Shown here piece after piece: positions 44,652 through 54,467 of a stretch of DNA of 64,000 nt; position 1 is the first letter of the stretch; each line of letters begins with the position of its first letter. A program made the position numbers and the translations under genes. Origin of the DNA: Chloropicon primus (lineage: Eukaryota); assembly GCA_023205875.1 (NCBI GenBank), contig CP060763.1, positions 620,001 to 684,000 on the forward strand, in the 5' to 3' direction. The notes beneath the pieces were generated by a model. That model had not been told where the DNA came from. It did no database searches and saw only the letters and a list, made by a program, of their open reading frames with translations.

Positions 44652-45428
44652 ATGGGGCGGAAGGGAGGGTTGGACCCGGCGGAAGCCCACCGGCGGGCGC
44701 AGAAGAAGAAGCAGATGGCGAAGAACAAGAAGCAGAGGGAAATGACGAGGGAGGTGAGGAAGATGCTGCACAAGCCGGAGGAGTTGAAGAGGAAGCTCCA
44801 AGGCATACTGGATACCGAAGAGAGCGAGTGCCTGAACCCGGACTCGAAGAGCGTGGGCATCTCCATGAAGCGCCAGGTCTACCAAAAGGCCTACGAGGCG
44901 TCCATCGTGAAGCAGAAGGAGCTGGAATTCCAGCGGAAGAGGGAGGAGAAGGCGGGGGGCAAGGCGGACGCTCGAGACACGTCGAGACAGCAGGGGGATC
45001 GAAGACAGCAGCTCGCGGGGGGACCTCGGACGGGGAACCACCCGCGGGGGGGAAGCCAACACTTTCCTCCGCGGCGGCTGGCGCACCAACACTCCCCTGC
45101 TCCGCCGACGATTCCGGCCCCCAGTCCTGCTGCCGGAGAGAAGGCCACGGTGACGCTGAGCGCGGCTCCAGACCTGAAGATCAAGAGAGCGGAGAAGAAC
45201 GAGAAGCTGGTGGCGATGGTCCCAGCCTCGTTGAGAGCCAAGCAGAGGACCGCGATCAGCAAGGCATCATCCAAGCCGAAGACCAATCTGCTTGGCCTGG
45301 CGGACGCTCGGGGGGAGGAGAAGCCGAAGGACCCGCAAGGGGCGGGGGAGGGCGCCGAGCCAAAGGGGGACGACGAGAGTTACGAGAATTTCATGAGCGA
45401 GCTCGGAGGGCTGGGAGCCTTCCAATAA
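44652..45428 (+). CDS. WBP11: WW domain-binding protein 11-like splicing factor
   Basis: N-terminal 'DPAEAHRRAQKKKQMAKNKKQR', 'SAAP', 'AMVPASLR', C-terminal 'DESYENFMSELGGLGAF'. Confidence 0.8.
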   Translation: MGRKGGLDPAEAHRRAQKKKQMAKNKKQREMTREVRKMLHKPEELKRKLQGILDTEESECLNPDSKSVGISMKRQVYQKAYEASIVKQKELEFQRKREEKAGGKADARDTSRQQGDRRQQLAGGPRTGNHPRGGSQHFPPRRLAHQHSPAPPTIPAPSPAAGEKATVTLSAAPDLKIKRAEKNEKLVAMVPASLRAKQRTAISKASSKPKTNLLGLADARGEEKPKDPQGAGEGAEPKGDDESYENFMSELGGLGAFQ

Positions 45429-45935
45429 CAAGCCGGCTGCGGCATGGTGTAAAAAGGGTTACGACAGCGTTACGACAGCAAGTCCCCGGAGAAGAAGAGA
45501 GAGATCGAGTAGTCCAAAGAAAGAGAAAGAGATTATCTTCACATCTAAGTCCCGTCCTTCCCCCCTGCTCCACGATGCCGCCGCCCAGTCGCCACCAAAG
45601 GTCACCCACTCGCTCCTCGCTCCCCTTCATGAGGAGATCCTTCTCCCACGAATCATTGGGCCTGCCCTCCCTCCTGGAGCGAGGGAAGGAGCGAGCGAAC
45701 GGTCTGACCTACCCGGAGAGGTCACTCCCTTGGGCACGGAGGGCGAGGAAGGGGCCGCGAGCGGAAGGGGAACATCATCCGCTTGGCGGGCGCGAGCACG
45801 GGACCTGCGTTGACTTGACCTGACCGGAGAGGTGCGGGAGGGGGTTTTCATTTTTGCGTAACCTCCAACGGTTGTGTTTTTGTTTGCTTGTTTGTTTTGG
45901 AGCGACAACAACCGACCTCCTCACGGCCTCCTTGA

Positions 45936-46877
45936 ATGGAGGAAGAGCGACGAGGCGAGGAGGCTCCCCTGTATTATCAACGGAACAACGGAGCGCGAAA
46001 CCAGTCGCCGGTGAGCTTCATGGACGGCGGATACTCGCCAGGACAGAACACTGCGAGCACGCTGCAGGTTGCGATGAACTCGGAGAACTTGGCGAGCAGC
46101 CGGGACTCGGTGAACACGAGCGGTTTCTCGAAGCCCCACGGGCACAAGTATGCGATGAACAAGCTGAGCGACAACTGGTTCTTAGAGAGGCACAGGTTCA
46201 TTCCCGTGTACATACCGAACATCATCGGGTACCTTCGAATCATTTGCACGACCATATCGATAGCGTTGGCTTTCACCCACCCGAGGTCGATGCTGTTCTT
46301 CTACTTCATAAGCTTTGTCTTCGACGAGCTTGACGGGAGGTTCGCCCGCTTGTTCTCCCAGCAGTCCACCTTTGGGGCGGTCTTGGACATGGTCACCGAC
46401 CGGTTGTCGACGGCGGCTCTGTTGTGCATTTTGGGGGTCTTGTACCCCGGGATGGCGCAGATCTTCATCCTGCTTCAGGCCCTCGACATTGCCAGCCACT
46501 GGTGCCACATGTACGCCTCCCTCCTGAGCGGGGGAACGAGCCACAAGGAGCTCTCGAACCACCACAACTGGCTGGTGAGGTCCTACTACGCCAACAGAAT
46601 ATTCATGGGGACGTGCTGCGTGAGCTGCGAGCTGCTTTACCTGTCGATCTACGCGTTGCACTGGCCGATGGACTTCAAGGACTGGTCGGTCCCCCTCGGG
46701 CCCGCTTGGGCTTCTTGGGCGAGCGTCGTCCAGGGCGAGGGCCAGCGGGAGGTTTCCATCTTCGTGCTCTTCGCCCTCGTTGCGATACCAGGTTTCGTCA
46801 TCAAGAATCTGGTGAACGTGATACAGTTGGTCCAGTCCATGAAGGGTCTTTGCGAGCATGACCTCAAAAACATGTAA
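45936..46877 (+). CDS. PIS1: CDP-diacylglycerol-inositol 3-phosphatidyltransferase
   Basis: 'VYIPNIIGYLRI', CDP-alcohol motif 'DELDGRFAR...QQSTFGAVLDMVTDR', 'LDIASHW', 'SHK'. Confidence 0.92.
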   Translation: MEEERRGEEAPLYYQRNNGARNQSPVSFMDGGYSPGQNTASTLQVAMNSENLASSRDSVNTSGFSKPHGHKYAMNKLSDNWFLERHRFIPVYIPNIIGYLRIICTTISIALAFTHPRSMLFFYFISFVFDELDGRFARLFSQQSTFGAVLDMVTDRLSTAALLCILGVLYPGMAQIFILLQALDIASHWCHMYASLLSGGTSHKELSNHHNWLVRSYYANRIFMGTCCVSCELLYLSIYALHWPMDFKDWSVPLGPAWASWASVVQGEGQREVSIFVLFALVAIPGFVIKNLVNVIQLVQSMKGLCEHDLKNM

Positions 46878-47452
46878 TGTTATGTGTCTTGTTATGGTTT
46901 TCAGAGAAAACTCTTCTCTTCTCGGTTCTCCTTTGCGGACAAAAAAGAGCCCTGTTGGGTCCCAGCCCCAGCGTCTCTCCCCAACAGCAATTCAAGGAGG
47001 AGCAAGAAGAACCCTTCACGCAAGGGATCGGATCGACTTCATGACGATGTAGAGAATAGCATCCACGATCCATCCAATCCAATCCAATGGGACCTCTCTC
47101 CCAACCTCTCGTCCACCTCTTTGGAAACTTTCCCTTTGTTGTGGGGAAAGATTTCAAAACTGTCTTGTTCAAAAAAGCATCAGCTGTCACTTGGACAAGG
47201 ACAGAAGAGTGGTCCACTCCGCTACCATCGTGCACCAGGGGTGTTGTGCATTCGTCCAAAGGCAAGGCAGGAGCACTCGGAGGCCTTGGAAACATGAGTT
47301 GAGGTTGCCTTGCGGCCAACACCTTGGAGAGAAACACGCGTCACATCGACACGCCTCTTGCTTGCTTGTCTTTTCAGCAGTGGAGGTGAGTGTGGGGGGG
47401 TGACTTGGAGCAGTGGGACTGAGCTGCTCGTCCTCGGCATTCTTCGACAAGG

Positions 47453-47926
47453 ATGGGGAAAGCGTCCGACGATGAGACGGCTGTGATACTCAGGAAGCTT
47501 GGGATCATCTGCCCGGCTTTTTACGCCATCTACTTCGTCGTCGTGGTTCTCCTGGCTCTTGCCTTCAACTTGGACTGCAACAATGACCAGTGCAGGTACT
47601 ACAGGTTGCCCTTTTACTTCAAGATGGAGGACTTTCGCCCCGAGGGAAACGACCAGGCTCTGGTGGCATGGCTCTCCCAGGTCATCGTTTTCCTCCTCAG
47701 CACTTTGCTCATGTACTACATCGTTGCGAGCACCAGCCGGTCGTGGGACTACGCCTGCACCCTCGCCTTCATTCACACGGTCGTGACTTGCGCGGTGAAT
47801 GCCGACTTCCCGACCAACTGGGTCTGGTGGGTCACCTTGGTGCTCTCGACTTTCACGCTGAGTTCCTTGGGGGAGATCACCAACTACGCCAGGGACATGA
47901 AAGACATCGTCGTGGACATGGACTGA
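47453..47926 (+). CDS. Small four-TM protein, TMEM244/SYS1-like
   Basis: Four hydrophobic segments; 'SWDYACTLAFIH...FPTNWVWW...LGE...RDMKDI' pattern. Confidence 0.7.
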   Translation: MGKASDDETAVILRKLGIICPAFYAIYFVVVVLLALAFNLDCNNDQCRYYRLPFYFKMEDFRPEGNDQALVAWLSQVIVFLLSTLLMYYIVASTSRSWDYACTLAFIHTVVTCAVNADFPTNWVWWVTLVLSTFTLSSLGEITNYARDMKDIVVDMD

Positions 47927-47995
47927 TCCATGGTCGTGGCCTTTGTTTTTTCGTTTTGATACAACAAAATCTATATGCTACAAAAATAACTGTTT

Positions 47996-50900
47996 CTATT
48001 GGATGAGGTACTTTGCTTTCAAGTTGTTGAAATGCTCCTCATCGTCCTGGTCCTCGCAGATGGGGTCTTCCCTCTCTTCGTTCATCTCGCAGAACCAGGG
48101 CATCTCCTCCCCCTCCGGGGTCGCTTGAAGCCTCTGGTGCTCCTCGAAACTCACGAGCCTCCACTTGTTGCACTTGCTGCACTCCACCCAAGGCAGCTCG
48201 TCATTGTATTTGCTTCTCAGCGCGACCAGGAGCGGCTCGCACCTCTCCTGGGCCTCGATGATGCCGCTCGCGTATCTTGCTATCCTCAAGTTGATCAAAA
48301 TTTGCAAGAACTCGGCCTGCTGCGCCAGGTTGGGGTTCTTCTGCAAGCCTCCCGAGTCGGGGTCGTTGTACGCCCTGGCGTTCTCCACCAACCTCGTGAT
48401 GTCAGCCTGGTAGCCCATCCAAGACGTGTACTGGTTCTTGTGCAGGTGCTTCGATATCTCGCCCAGGGTTATCTGCTCGTGCACAAAGTCTTCGTAGTCC
48501 TTGATCTTCGAAACGTCCACCTTGGTCGCAAATGGCTTGGATATCGGCATCTTGCGAATTGGCATGTGAATCTTTTCCTTGATCAAGCGATTCAGCCTTT
48601 GGACGGGGCTCAGCTTCTTCTTCTTCGTCGACTTTTTCGACACTTTGAGCTTGAACTTCCCCGTCCCCGTCCCCTCCGCCTTCAGCTTCAGCTTCGTGGT
48701 GCCAGACGCACCTGCTCCAGAGGGCCCTGCAGCGGCCGCTGAGATTTCGACCTTCTCCCCGGCGTCCTTCATGAGCATGAGCTGCTTCTTTTGCTTGATG
48801 ATGCGCTTCTTCAGCTTCAGGTGTCTATCCTGCAGCTTTTTGCGCTCCTTGGTGAGGTTGATCACCCCCCCTCCCTCCCCAACTCCTCCGAAGTTGGCCC
48901 TCGCCAGCCTCAGGGTCTCGATCTGGTGGGGGTCAGTGATGATGACCTCCTCAGTCTCCATCGTGCCGTCATCCATGACCCTCTTGAAGATCCTCCTCAG
49001 CCTTCTCTTCGGAGCGGCGTTCTTGGGCTTCTCCTTCTCTTTCGCTGCCCCCTTCTCCTTCCCCTTCTTCTTCTTCTCCCCAAACAAGCCTTCCTCTTTC
49101 AGCCGCTTCATCTCTTCCTTGTCTTCCTCCAGGAGCTCGGCCTCCGTCTTCCCGTTCTCGTCCTCTTCCTCGTCGTCATCGTCGTCCAGCATGTTCTCCA
49201 GCTCGTTCGCCAGGTCGTCCCCTTCCTCCTCCTCGCCATCGACTTCCATCTTGTCAGGCTCTTCCTCCTGAGCTTCCGACAATGCAAGGACTTGCTTGTT
49301 GAAGACGTCTTGGCACTTGGCCTGGTAGATCCGCTGGGATTCGGCCGCCGACTGCCTGTGGCTCCTTGCAAAGCCCCCGTACTTGTCTCCCAGCTTGCTA
49401 CCGTCGGCCTGCGCCGCAGAGGAGAGCCTCTGGATCAGATTGATTCTGTTCCACCTGGTCAGGAGCTTGATCTCTTCCTTGGGAACTCCGAGAGATTTCA
49501 GGATCTCCTCCGCTTTTCCCATCGAAAGCCTTCTTAAGTCAGTCTTGGTTCCCGCGATTACGGTGGGTTTCTTCGTCCCTTCGCTCACACCCATGCCCCT
49601 GCCGTGGGTTTTCACAAAAGAGATGCACCTTCCCCTTCCAGAAGGGTCCCCGAGCCCATTGATAGTGAACGCGCCACGCCCGTCCTTCATCACATCCAGG
49701 AAATTCGTGACCATGGCCCAGCTTGCGACTTGTATCATCTGCTCAATGAACTTGGCAGCTGCTCTGGCCTGCTCCCCGCCAGGCAGCAACTCCGTTGCCA
49801 GCTTCAACCTCTCGTTGGAAACGCGAAGCAGCTCGTGCCTTTTCATGCCCAGCATGGCGTACCTTTCCTGAGAGGACCTCATGCTCTCATAGGCGCACAC
49901 CATCTCAGGGGTAAGTCGGTGCCTCAACTCCACCTCCTCGGGAATTCTTGCTCCTGGCTTCAAGCTCCACCTTCCATCGGCCTGCGCTTGGTTGACCGGA
50001 ACACAGTTGCAGAGATTCCTCAGCCTGTTTCTGATCAGCTGCTCGCTGTTGTTTGGAAACAGGAATTTCAGGCCCTGGACTTGAAGCTCCGGAAGGACGT
50101 TTCTGCCCGCGGCCTGCTCTTTGATCTTCTTCTTCAGCGTTCGGAAGACGTAGTCCTGGAACCTCTTCTCCTCGAACTCCCGGATCTGGACAGACCCTGG
50201 CCAAGGCGTCTTCACTCTTGGCTCCTGCTGACCGATTGCCAGGGTACCCGTCACCTCTCGGATCATCCATCTGCCCAGGCTCGATCTGATGAGCAAAAAG
50301 TCCGTGGACTGCACTGGGTGGTAAAACGCGGGGGCCCGGAAAAGGTTGCAGTCCACACCGAGCATGTGCTGCCCCTTCATCACATCACCAAGGAAGGGCG
50401 GGTCGTCCGTGTCTTCCAGGGGGATGACCCTGCCGTACTTGCCCCAGCTCCCGTCTTGCGGTGGCCGGACCTTTGGAACCTTCAGGCTCTTCCAAGTCTC
50501 GTCTCGCTTGTCTTGCTTCCTGTAGAAAGACAGGAGTCTCATGCCCATTCCTTGGTTGCTCAAAAGCAGCGGGTGCTCTTCAACGTACTCGAAGAGAAAC
50601 AGGTGCCCGTCCCGAATGGAGAGGTCCCTCATGCTCTTGAATGCTCCCGGAGGTCGGTGGGGCTCCTTGAACTCCTTGTAATTGGTGTTCGGAATCAGAG
50701 TGACCTTGTTGGTGATGATCCAGAAGGTGATGTCGCCTTTCAGCTGCAAACCAGTGTCGCCCTCCCCCAGAAGGCTCTGCGACTTCAGGGGCTTCATCTT
50801 CTTCATCGCAGATATCATCAGCTTCGGCCTCTCCATCTTGAACGCCTTCTGGAGCCTTGGCTGAAGCTGCTTTGCGGTCTTCCACAGGTCCTCCACGGTG

Positions 50901-52381
50901 GTCGCATTCGCAACAAATGCTTGTGGGATGCTATAGTCGTAACCCACGAGGGACCGAAGCCTCGCATTCACGTGGTAAGAGCCGTGGAACTTCAAAGCCG
51001 GCGACTGCGCTGGGGCGTTCTTCTTCGGAATAAACGAACCCGAGGGCCTATGCAAGCACCTCAGCTCTTGCTTCGTCATCGTCTCCGTGAGCCTAAGGCT
51101 GATCATTTTCAGGGCCGGGGCCGAGTGCCTGGCCTTCTGGCTCAAGTTGGACTTGGTAGAGTTATTCGCTTGCTTCTTCTTGTCGATGTAGTACTCGTCA
51201 TTCGAAAGCGCCGCCCAATCAAAACCAGCTCCGCCTTCCCTCGAATTCGGCCCTTGGTTCCCTGCCTCGCCGATCTCCTCGATGATGACGCTTGGATCTT
51301 CCAGGTCGAGGCACACGATGGTATGGCGGTCCTTCGTCTGGCGATTCAGGTTATCCTCCTCGCTGTCCCACCTGATCTCCGCCTCCCACTTGTTGTTCTC
51401 CACTGGGGGGTGCCATATCGGGGCCAGGAAATCGTCCTGGGACCCTGGATCCCCTGCCTCCGCTGACGGCCCCCTTTCACCCGAGTCGCTCTCGTCCCAG
51501 TCCACCCCCTTCTCCCAATTCTCGTTCAGCACCGGCTGAAACGAAGCAAAGGAGGTGGAGTTGCTAGAATTGTTGTAAAGGTTAAAGAACGTCCCCGTCC
51601 CGGTGAGGTTCGACGCCTCTTCCGTCATGGACTGGGCCTTCTCTCGGAACGCTTCCATGAGCGGCACGCCTGGCCTGAACCTGCTGTAGGTGTGGTCCCC
51701 CTGGTCCTGCTCAAAGGTCGTCGCCGCGACTCCGTCCATGGCCGTCTCGAATGCGTCCTCCTGCGTCAGGGAGCCAGCTGAGCCGTCGCCCCCGTCCTCT
51801 GACCTTCTCGAGAGCCTTAGCTCCATCTCCTCCTCCATGGAAGCCCTGTCGACCTTGAGCAGACTCAACAGGTCGTCGCCCTCCACCTCCGACCGTATCG
51901 GCAGCTTTGGAGGCTCCCTGAATGACAGCCTCTTTTTCCTCTTCAGGCTGGGTTGCTTCCGGGCGCTGTCCGCGGCAGGCTGCGCTGGCCTGCTCGGCTT
52001 AGCCGCAGGCTTCGGCCTCGCCGCCACGTGCGCCTCCTCCTCGCCGTCCGCCTCCTCCATGTCGTAATCCTCGTCCTCGTCGAGTTCCGCACCTCTGGCC
52101 GCCTTGTGCCTCTCCAAGGCCGCCGTGTCCGCCACGGGGGCGCCATAGTCCAAGCTCGAGTGGCCTGCCCTCGCACCCCCGCTCGTCCCAGCCTTGCTCC
52201 CGCTCGCCCTCCCCCCCCTCTTCTCCTCCGCGATGGGTTCGATCCTCCCGTCGAGTGCATCGATGTTCTCCTTCGCTTCCTCCTCCAGGTAGTCCTCATC
52301 CAGCTTCCCCTTCTTGTCCACGTTCCCGAACATGAACCCCACCATCTTCTGGCCTCCACCTCCATCCCCCTTGCCACCCAT
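47996..52381 (-). CDS. TAF1: Transcription initiation factor TFIID subunit 1
   Basis: TBP-binding 'GFMFGNVDKKGKL', DUF3591 motifs ('LSNDEYY', 'EYVEEHPLLLSNQGMG', 'TDFLLIRS', 'GLGDPSGRG', 'GTKTDLRRL'), ubiquitin-like insertion, one bromodomain, C-terminal CW finger. Confidence 0.95.
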   Translation of the reverse strand: MGGKGDGGGGQKMVGFMFGNVDKKGKLDEDYLEEEAKENIDALDGRIEPIAEEKRGGRASGSKAGTSGGARAGHSSLDYGAPVADTAALERHKAARGAELDEDEDYDMEEADGEEEAHVAARPKPAAKPSRPAQPAADSARKQPSLKRKKRLSFREPPKLPIRSEVEGDDLLSLLKVDRASMEEEMELRLSRRSEDGGDGSAGSLTQEDAFETAMDGVAATTFEQDQGDHTYSRFRPGVPLMEAFREKAQSMTEEASNLTGTGTFFNLYNNSSNSTSFASFQPVLNENWEKGVDWDESDSGERGPSAEAGDPGSQDDFLAPIWHPPVENNKWEAEIRWDSEEDNLNRQTKDRHTIVCLDLEDPSVIIEEIGEAGNQGPNSREGGAGFDWAALSNDEYYIDKKKQANNSTKSNLSQKARHSAPALKMISLRLTETMTKQELRCLHRPSGSFIPKKNAPAQSPALKFHGSYHVNARLRSLVGYDYSIPQAFVANATTVEDLWKTAKQLQPRLQKAFKMERPKLMISAMKKMKPLKSQSLLGEGDTGLQLKGDITFWIITNKVTLIPNTNYKEFKEPHRPPGAFKSMRDLSIRDGHLFLFEYVEEHPLLLSNQGMGMRLLSFYRKQDKRDETWKSLKVPKVRPPQDGSWGKYGRVIPLEDTDDPPFLGDVMKGQHMLGVDCNLFRAPAFYHPVQSTDFLLIRSSLGRWMIREVTGTLAIGQQEPRVKTPWPGSVQIREFEEKRFQDYVFRTLKKKIKEQAAGRNVLPELQVQGLKFLFPNNSEQLIRNRLRNLCNCVPVNQAQADGRWSLKPGARIPEEVELRHRLTPEMVCAYESMRSSQERYAMLGMKRHELLRVSNERLKLATELLPGGEQARAAAKFIEQMIQVASWAMVTNFLDVMKDGRGAFTINGLGDPSGRGRCISFVKTHGRGMGVSEGTKKPTVIAGTKTDLRRLSMGKAEEILKSLGVPKEEIKLLTRWNRINLIQRLSSAAQADGSKLGDKYGGFARSHRQSAAESQRIYQAKCQDVFNKQVLALSEAQEEEPDKMEVDGEEEEGDDLANELENMLDDDDDEEEDENGKTEAELLEEDKEEMKRLKEEGLFGEKKKKGKEKGAAKEKEKPKNAAPKRRLRRIFKRVMDDGTMETEEVIITDPHQIETLRLARANFGGVGEGGGVINLTKERKKLQDRHLKLKKRIIKQKKQLMLMKDAGEKVEISAAAAGPSGAGASGTTKLKLKAEGTGTGKFKLKVSKKSTKKKKLSPVQRLNRLIKEKIHMPIRKMPISKPFATKVDVSKIKDYEDFVHEQITLGEISKHLHKNQYTSWMGYQADITRLVENARAYNDPDSGGLQKNPNLAQQAEFLQILINLRIARYASGIIEAQERCEPLLVALRSKYNDELPWVECSKCNKWRLVSFEEHQRLQATPEGEEMPWFCEMNEEREDPICEDQDDEEHFNNLKAKYLIQ

Positions 52382-52711
52382 CTTGCCACCCCTCTCTCCT
52401 CGTGCTCCCCCACCCCAAAAAACACAACTTCAATCACTGATAGAATCCTCCACACCACGCCATTCCTCTCCACCAAAGAGTCGAACGAAAGAGGCCGCGA
52501 CGCCGCTTCCGCGTGTCTATCCTCCCCCTCCCTCTCCCCTCCCCCCTCTCCCCGTCCTCCCGCTTCACCGAAACGAAACCCAACCCGATCACCGATCGAT
52601 CGCGCCCCCTCCCTTGAGAGTGAGGTGAGAGTCCTCGATCGATCGATCGATCGCACAGCAGGGCGGAGCGGCGAGGCGAGGGGGAGGAACCGAACCGGAA
52701 CCCTTTGGAGG

Positions 52712-54364
52712 ATGAGAGGGGGAGGGGTGAGGACGGGAGGCCTTGGGGGGATGGCGCGGGCGGCACTGGAGGCGTCTTTCTTGGTCAGGTCGAGGTTGTA
52801 CTCTTCGACGACGGTCTATCGGACGCAAGGCAGTGGAGGGGGAACCCTCGGAGAGGATTTGAAAGTGGCACTGCAGGGGTTCGCGAACAAAGGGAGAGGG
52901 AGCAAGGCGGGTGCCGGGTCGTTCAAACCCAAGTTCATTGTCGCGGTGGTGTCCAGCTACGGCAAGGACCTCACAGGTGAGATGGCGAATGGGTCTGAAT
53001 TGTTCTCGGGAGACGAGTTGGTGTTCCTCCGACTGAATGGACTCTGACACGCACGTTCATGTTGTTTTGTGTTTTGTGTTTTTGCTGTTGGATCCCCAGA
53101 GAAAGTGTTGGCCAAGGCGGTGAAGGAGGCCTCGGTGGGGTGTCCAATTGTGGGGTGCCAGGCCAAGGGCATCAGGGACATCAGGAGGCACAGGACCCGG
53201 GGTGGTGGTTTCGCGCAGCCGAGGGTCACGTGCTGGTCCATGCCGGTGTCCGTGGACGCCTTCGCGTTCTACCAGAAGCACACGAGCGTGCCCGACATGG
53301 AGAGGTGGAGCGGGAAATCCATGAAGGAACTCATCCTGGACAAGGACAAGAGGCCGTTCACCTTCACTTTCGGCAGCCCCGAGTTTGAGATCCAGGAGCT
53401 GGTCCAGAGGAACGCGAACCTGTTCAACAGCTCCGTGGGCGCGGTTCCTCGAGGCCCGGTGCAGGACCTTTACTTCGTTGCAAACGCCACCAACAACGGC
53501 GGCGGGGGGGAGGGGGTCCGGAAGGGCCGGGGGGGGAGGACTCACGTGGTGTCCGAGGACGGAATTGTGGGTTTGGGTCTCTCCGGGAACCTCAGGGATG
53601 GCTCGTGGTTGAACTTTGCGAGGCGAGTTCTGAGCTCCCACTGGTGGCACGACGTCAACGGGTGCCCCAAGACGGCCCAAGGCCTCTTCGTCCCGAACAA
53701 GGAGGTGGTTGGGAAGGCGAGGGACGTCTCCTCGAGGCACGTGCACAAGTACGCCATCAGTGACTTTGCTCATGGGATTCCCATGTTCCCGATCAACGGG
53801 GCGTGCCTCTACCCGGCGACGGAGATGCAGCTCAGAATCTTCGAGCCCAGGTACAAGGCCATGGTCAAGCAGTGCGTGGAGAACAAGGAGGTCTTCGGGT
53901 TCATCCCGAAGGACGACAAGAACAACAAGTTCGTGGACACGATAGGAACGATCGCTTACGTCAAGGAGATCATAGACATGAGCCCAGACGGGGAGAGCAC
54001 GATTGTCATCAAGGGTCTGAGGAGGTTCAAGTTCAAGAAAGGGTGCTCCTTGCGGACGCAGCCCGGTTCTTTTGGGTTGAACTACGCCGACATCCAGTTC
54101 TTCGATGACACCAGCGACGATTCTGACGACGAGACTTTTGCCACGACCGAGGGTTTCGGCACGGAGCTCCAGTTGCTGGCCGCCAAGGCGCAGAGGTTTC
54201 TAGGGGGGGACCAGCACCTGATGACCTCGGCTCATGACATGTCTTTTCTCCTGGCGGATGCCCTGCCGGCCCCGCAGCAGCTCAAGATGAGGTGGCTCAA
54301 ATCCATGTCGACCGCCGACCGGTTGAACGAGACGATCGAGTTCCTGAGCAACTACAAGAGGTGA
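52712..54364 (+). CDS. FIST_N-like + Lon N-terminal (substrate-binding) domain protein, probably organellar (exons 52712-52976, 53100-54364)
   Basis: Phase-1 intron 52977-53099 (GTGAG...CTGAC...CCAG) joins the two ORFs in frame. C-terminal 'IPMFPI..LYP..EMQLRIFEPRYKAMV...G.RRF' is Lon-N; N-terminal 'PKFIVAVVS...PIVGCQAKGI...DGIVGLGLSG' is FIST-like. Start could be 52751. Confidence 0.75.
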
Positions 54365-54467
54365 AAAGATGAGGGCGGAGAGGAGAAAGAAAAGAAAGGG
54401 GGGCGATGCTGTGTGCGCTCGACTGTAATACAATTTTTTAAGGTTTCAACCTTAGCTCTGCGGGCCG

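Noticed and set aside
47038..47072. Possible SECIS element (AUGA...GA) after PIS
   Set aside because: The helix is only about 5 bp and no in-frame UGA selenoprotein was found nearby.
47230..47320. TPP-riboswitch-like start (GCACCAGGGGUG)
   Set aside because: Lacks the invariant CUGAGA and the closing AGGGA, and no thiamine gene is adjacent.
49604..51466. Long antisense ORFs (this 620-aa one and others such as 11931-13448, 29633-31297, 57113-58228)
   Set aside because: Mirror frames of real genes in GC3-rich coding DNA; no recognisable motifs.
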